The position numbers and the translations under genes are program-made. The notes under the pieces are model-generated. The model had not been told where the DNA came from. It saw nothing but the letters and a program-made list of their open reading frames with translations, and ran no database searches. From Pseudomonadota bacterium (lineage in GTDB: Bacteria; Pseudomonadota; Gammaproteobacteria; Ga0077536), in contig JAPOKK010000002.1 of assembly GCA_029977665.1 (NCBI GenBank), positions 1 through 44,709 on the forward strand: DNA of 44,709 nucleotides, given 5' to 3'. This document shows, in pieces, positions 40,784 through 44,709 of this stretch. Within the stretch, counting starts at the first letter, position 1. Each line of letters begins with the position of its first letter.

Positions 40784-41251
40784 ATGATGAAAATCACCGA
40801 AATACTCTCGCCGGACCGCGTCGCGGTCGATCTCGACCTGGCCAGCAAGAAGGCCGTGCTCGAAAAGCTCGCCGGCATGCTTTCGAGCGCCGACCCGCAG
40901 TTGAAGTCGAAGGAAGTGTTCGACAGCCTGCTGGCGCGCGAACGCCTCGGCACCACCGGCCTCGGGGCCGGCATCGCGATCCCGCATGGCCGGGTGTCCA
41001 CCGGCAAGCAGTCGATCGGCGCATTTCTGCGCACCGACAAGCCGATCAATTTCGACGCGGTGGACAATGCGCCGGTCGATTTGTTCTTCGCGCTGTGCGT
41101 GCCCGAAGAGGCCTGCCAGGAGCACCTGGACCTGCTCTCTGCCCTGGCTTCCCGCTTCAGCGACAAGCACTTCGTCGACAGCCTGCGTGACGCCGCCAAG
41201 GTCGACGACGTGTTCACCGCGCTGACCGCTGCGAACGGCGCCACGGACTGA
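40784..41251 (+). CDS. ptsN: PTS IIA-like nitrogen regulatory protein PtsN (EIIA-Ntr)
   Basis: The product contains LLARERLGTTGLGAGIAIPHGRV, with the phosphorylatable His in the IPHG motif. It is 155 aa. Confidence 0.9.
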   Translation: MMKITEILSPDRVAVDLDLASKKAVLEKLAGMLSSADPQLKSKEVFDSLLARERLGTTGLGAGIAIPHGRVSTGKQSIGAFLRTDKPINFDAVDNAPVDLFFALCVPEEACQEHLDLLSALASRFSDKHFVDSLRDAAKVDDVFTALTAANGATD

Positions 41252-41265
41252 GTGCGGTCGGCGCG

Positions 41266-42132
41266 ATGAGCGATGGCACCCGCTTCCTCATCATCTCGGG
41301 CCTGTCCGGCGCCGGCAAGACGGTTGCGCTGCACGCGCTGGAAGATGCCGGGTATTACTGCGTAGACAACCTTCCCGTCGGCATTCTGCCGATGTTCGCG
41401 AGCTATCTCGCCGAGCATGACCTGCCGCACTTCGAGCGCGTCGCGGTCGGTATCGACGCGCGCAACCACCCCGAGGCCATCGCCGAGCTGCCGGCCACGA
41501 TCGATGCCCTGCGCATTCAGGGTATCAAGGCGGAACTCGTGTTCATCGACGCCAGCGATGACACCCTGCTGCAACGTTTCAGTGAGACGCGGCGCAAGCA
41601 CCCGCTGTCGTCCGACGTTTTCTCGCTGGCCGAAGCGATCGAACGCGAGCGCGCACTGCTCGACCGCATCGCGCTGCGCGCGGACATGCGCCTGGACACC
41701 ACGCGCAGCAATGTCCACCAGCTGCGCACCAGCATCCGAGAACTGGTGACCGGTAAGCAGGCCGGCATACTCGCCCTGCAGTTCCGCTCCTTCGGCTTCA
41801 AGCGCGGCGTGCCGAGCGATGCCGATTTCGTGTTCGACGTACGCTGCCTGCCCAACCCCTACTGGGAACTCGGCCTGCGCGAGCTGACCGGCCGCGACGA
41901 AGCGGTGCGCGCCTACCTCGAGAGCATGCCGACCGTGGTCGAGATGGCGACGGACATCGAGCAGTTCCTCGAGCGCTGGATCTCGCGCTTCGAGGACGTC
42001 AACCGCAGTTACCTGACCGTCGCATTCGGCTGCACCGGCGGACGCCATCGCTCCGTTTACATGGCCGAGCGGCTGGCGCAGTATTTCGCGGCCAGGGACA
42101 AGAAGGCCGTAATCAGCCATCGCGACATCTGA
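41266..42132 (+). CDS. rapZ: RNase adapter protein RapZ (YhbJ)
   Basis: The product contains FLIISGLSGAGKT (P-loop), YYCVDNLP, VFDVRCLPNPYW and AFGCTGGRHRSV. It is 288 aa. Confidence 0.93.
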   Translation: MSDGTRFLIISGLSGAGKTVALHALEDAGYYCVDNLPVGILPMFASYLAEHDLPHFERVAVGIDARNHPEAIAELPATIDALRIQGIKAELVFIDASDDTLLQRFSETRRKHPLSSDVFSLAEAIERERALLDRIALRADMRLDTTRSNVHQLRTSIRELVTGKQAGILALQFRSFGFKRGVPSDADFVFDVRCLPNPYWELGLRELTGRDEAVRAYLESMPTVVEMATDIEQFLERWISRFEDVNRSYLTVAFGCTGGRHRSVYMAERLAQYFAARDKKAVISHRDI

Positions 42133-42168
42133 GCGGGCCGCGGCCTGCGTGCGGGGAGAGCAGCGCCG

Positions 42169-42438
42169 ATGCCGGCGAGCAACGTGACCATCATCAACCG
42201 CCTCGGTCTGCATGCCCGGGCGGCCGCGAAGTTCGTGCAGACAGCGGCGCGCTTCGCGAGCAACGTCACCGTGACGCGCGACGAGAAGTCGGTCAACGGC
42301 AAGAGCATCATGGGCGTGATGACGCTGGCCGCGGCGCAAGGCTGCGAACTGACCATCACAACCGATGGCGAGGATGCCGATGCCGCGCTGACCGCGCTGG
42401 TCGACCTCGTCGCCGACAAGTTCGGAGAGCCGGCGTGA
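42169..42438 (+). CDS. ptsO: HPr-family phosphocarrier protein NPr
   Basis: The product contains IINRLGLHARAAAKFV (active-site His) and NGKSIMGVMTLAA. It is 89 aa. Confidence 0.88.
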   Translation: MPASNVTIINRLGLHARAAAKFVQTAARFASNVTVTRDEKSVNGKSIMGVMTLAAAQGCELTITTDGEDADAALTALVDLVADKFGEPA

Positions 42439-44180
42439 CCTTCACGCTGCACGGCGTCGCCGTCTCGCGCGGCATCGCGATCGGCCGCGTGCACGTCGTC
42501 GAGCGCAACCAGCTGCAGATCGACGAGATAAGACTCGCCGCCCACGAAGTCGAGAGCGAAGTCGAACGGCTCGGCAATGCCGTCAGCCGCGCACGCCATC
42601 ACCTGCGCGAGATTCGCGACAACATTCCGAGCGGCACGCCGAACGAGATCGCGGCGTTCATCGATACGCACCTACTGATGCTCGACGACGCCTCGTTCAA
42701 CGAGGAACCCGCACGGCTCATCCGGCAACACCAGTGCAATGCCGAATGGGCGGTCAAGCTGCAGCGCGACAAGCTGGTCGCGGTGTTCGACGAGATGGAC
42801 GACGCCTACCTGCGCACGCGCCGCGACGACGTCGACCACGTCATCGATCGCATCATCCGCAACCTGCAGCGCCACAAACCGCTGCGGCACGAGGTCCCCG
42901 ACCGCAAGCTGCAGGGCATGATTGTCGTGGCGCGCGACCTCTCGCCCGCCGACCTCGTGCTGCTGCAGCACCACGGCGTCGCGGGCATCATCACCGAGTA
43001 CGGTGGACCGACCTCTCACATGTCGATCCTGGCACGCAGCCTGGGCATTCCGGGCATCGTCGGCCTGCATCATGCGCGCCGCTACGTGACCGAGGACGAG
43101 ACCATCATTCTCGACGGCGAGGACGGCGTCGTCATCGGCAGCGCCAACGAGCGGATCCTCAACGAGTACCGCCAGCGCCAGGCCGAGCGTACTCGCTACG
43201 TCGCCGGCCTGCAGGTGCTGCGCGAAGCACCCGCAGTGACCCTCGATGGCGTCGCCATCACGCTGCAGGCCAATGTCGAGCTGGCCAGCGACTTCGAGAA
43301 CGTCCGGGCCGTGGGTGCGAGCGGCGTCGGCCTGTACCGCACCGAGTTCCTGTTCATGAACCACGCGGACGTGCCGGACGAAGACGAGCACTTCAACACC
43401 TACCTGCAGATGGTCACGGCGCTGGACGGCGCGCCCCTGACCATCCGCACCGCCGATCTCGGTGCGGACAAGCCGCTCAGGCAGGGTGAAGAGGCGGACC
43501 AGCAGGCGGCCAACCCGGCACTCGGGCTGCGCGCGGTGCGCCTGTGCCTGCGCGAGCCATCGCTGTTCTGGCCCCAGCTACGCGCCATCATCCGGGTCTC
43601 GGCATTCGGCCCGGTACGCATGATGATCCCGATGCTGTCGAACATCGACGAAGTCCGCCAGGTCCTCGATATCGTGCGCACCATCCGCAACGAGTTCTCG
43701 AGCCGCGGGGTCGAGTTCGATCCGCACATGGCCATCGGCGGCATGATCGAGGTGCCGGCAGCCGCCATCAGCGCGGACCTGTTCGCCGCCGAACTCGATT
43801 TCCTGTCCATCGGCACCAACGACCTCATCCAGTACACGCTCGCCATCGACCGCGTGAACGACGAGGTGAACTACCTCTACGATCCCTTCCACCCCGGCGT
43901 GCTGCGCCTGATCGCGACTATCCTGGACGCCGGTTCACGGGCCGGTATCCCGGTCGCGATGTGCGGTGAGATGGCTGGCGATCGCGCCTACACCCGCCTC
44001 CTGGTCGGGCTCGGTCTGACCGAGTTCAGCGTGCACCCGGCCGCACTGCTCGAGATCAAGCACATCGTCAACAACACGTCCGCGGAGAACGCGCGTGCCA
44101 TCGCACGCCAACTGCTCGACGTCGGTGACGGCGCGCGGCGCCGGGCGCTTCTCGAAGAACTGAACACGCACGGCACCTGA
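42435..44180 (+). CDS. ptsP: Phosphoenolpyruvate--protein phosphotransferase (enzyme I), no N-terminal GAF domain
   Basis: The GTG start overlaps the NPr stop. The product contains GGPTSHMSILARSLGIPGIVG (active-site His), GVGLYRTEFLFM, TIRTADLGADK, GIMIEVP-like GGMIEVPAAA and SIGTNDLIQY. At 581 aa it starts directly with the EI N-domain. Confidence 0.92.
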   Translation: MTFTLHGVAVSRGIAIGRVHVVERNQLQIDEIRLAAHEVESEVERLGNAVSRARHHLREIRDNIPSGTPNEIAAFIDTHLLMLDDASFNEEPARLIRQHQCNAEWAVKLQRDKLVAVFDEMDDAYLRTRRDDVDHVIDRIIRNLQRHKPLRHEVPDRKLQGMIVVARDLSPADLVLLQHHGVAGIITEYGGPTSHMSILARSLGIPGIVGLHHARRYVTEDETIILDGEDGVVIGSANERILNEYRQRQAERTRYVAGLQVLREAPAVTLDGVAITLQANVELASDFENVRAVGASGVGLYRTEFLFMNHADVPDEDEHFNTYLQMVTALDGAPLTIRTADLGADKPLRQGEEADQQAANPALGLRAVRLCLREPSLFWPQLRAIIRVSAFGPVRMMIPMLSNIDEVRQVLDIVRTIRNEFSSRGVEFDPHMAIGGMIEVPAAAISADLFAAELDFLSIGTNDLIQYTLAIDRVNDEVNYLYDPFHPGVLRLIATILDAGSRAGIPVAMCGEMAGDRAYTRLLVGLGLTEFSVHPAALLEIKHIVNNTSAENARAIARQLLDVGDGARRRALLEELNTHGT

Positions 44181-44299
44181 TGGCGCCGGCGCGCGGCGCC
44201 GTGAAGCTCTGCCGAGGGTCTTTTGAAGCCTGCTAAACTGCTCCGGCCGATCGTGGACGGCGATCGCGGCCCGGGCCCCCTCACGCACTGAAGCGACAG

Positions 44300-44709
44300 A
44301 TGGCAGAGCAGATCATTCGCACCCAGGAGTTCGTTCAGGCCATCCAGGAGGCCCTGGAGGCGAACGAGATCCGTCGCGTGCGCGAGTTCCTTGCGGAACT
44401 CGAACCCTACGAGATCAGCGATCTGCTCGAATCACTGCCGGCCCCGGTGCGCGCCGAGCTGTGGGTCCATATCGACTCGGCGATCGAAGGCGAGGTGCTC
44501 TCGCACGCGACGACCGCGGTACGTAACAGCCTGCTCGAGGGGATGGAACCGGCGCAGGTCGCCGAGGCGACCAGCGGACTCGATTCCGACGATGTCGCGG
44601 ACATCCTGCAGGACCTGCCGGAGGACGTCGCCGACGAGATCCTGCTGTCGATGGACGAGCAGAACCGGCAGCGGATCGCGACCGTCCTGACCTATCCCTA
44701 CGATACGGC
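44300..44709 (+). CDS. mgtE: Magnesium transporter MgtE (5' part, runs off the right window edge)
   Basis: It is not in the ORF track because it is truncated by the window edge. My translation from the ATG at 44300 reads MAEQIIRTQEFVQAIQEALEANEIRRVREFLAELEPYEISDLLESLPAPVRAELW, then LDSDDVADILQDLPEDVADEILLSMDEQNRQRIATVLTYPYDT. This pattern is typical of the MgtE N-domain. Confidence 0.88.
   Translation, partial: MAEQIIRTQEFVQAIQEALEANEIRRVREFLAELEPYEISDLLESLPAPVRAELWVHIDSAIEGEVLSHATTAVRNSLLEGMEPAQVAEATSGLDSDDVADILQDLPEDVADEILLSMDEQNRQRIATVLTYPYDT

Noticed and set aside
40441-42339. A 632-aa minus-strand ORF across hpf, ptsN, rapZ and npr; also 17357..19111 and 24319..26082 (minus strand)
   Set aside because: These are antisense to motif-verified genes and have no domain signatures. 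They are GC-driven open frames.
44181-44299. A magnesium riboswitch (M-box) in front of mgtE
   Set aside because: The spacer is only 119 nt, shorter than the M-box aptamer as I recall it, and I see none of its conserved features. It holds only a GC palindrome (GGCGCCG/CGGCGCC) that may terminate ptsP.

Overview
This is a visibly GC-rich, densely packed segment that reads as gammaproteobacterial-type core chromosome. I can support about 47 protein genes, two of them cut by the window edges, plus one tRNA-Lys.

Gene order, left to right:
- phoR-phoB (minus strand), divergent from a comEA-like gene
- leuS-lptE-holA-proA-nadD-rsfS-rlmH-maf
- a PPi-type phosphofructokinase (minus strand)
- bepA
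- a small orphan membrane ORF in a low-GC spacer
- a membrane H+-pyrophosphatase and tRNA-Lys (both minus strand)
- fmdB-like gene, then aspS-nadA-yebC-ruvCAB-ybgC-tolQRAB-pal-cpoB-queE-queC
- an enlarged mltF-like gene and a murU-like gene (both minus strand)
- yrbG-kdsD-kdsC-lptC-lptA-lptB-rpoN-hpf-ptsN-rapZ-npr-ptsP
- the 5' end of mgtE

Calls rest on reading the supplied translations for family motifs and on conserved neighbourhood. Start codons were refined by eye, and no database search was possible.

I found no transposase, integrase, phage, CRISPR, toxin-antitoxin or recognisable defence genes. The many very long ORFs antisense to real genes are the usual stop-codon-poor artefact of GC-rich DNA.

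I do not see convincing evidence for a novel multi-gene system here. The points most worth a second look are:
- the low-GC, unassigned spacer with an orphan two-helix ORF at 13930-14720
- the PPi-PFK and H+-PPase pair
- the mltF-like gene with a duplicated binding-protein module, next to a lone murU
- a contiguous PTS-Ntr relay with a GAF-less enzyme I
- a roughly 400-nt unassigned leader in front of leuS
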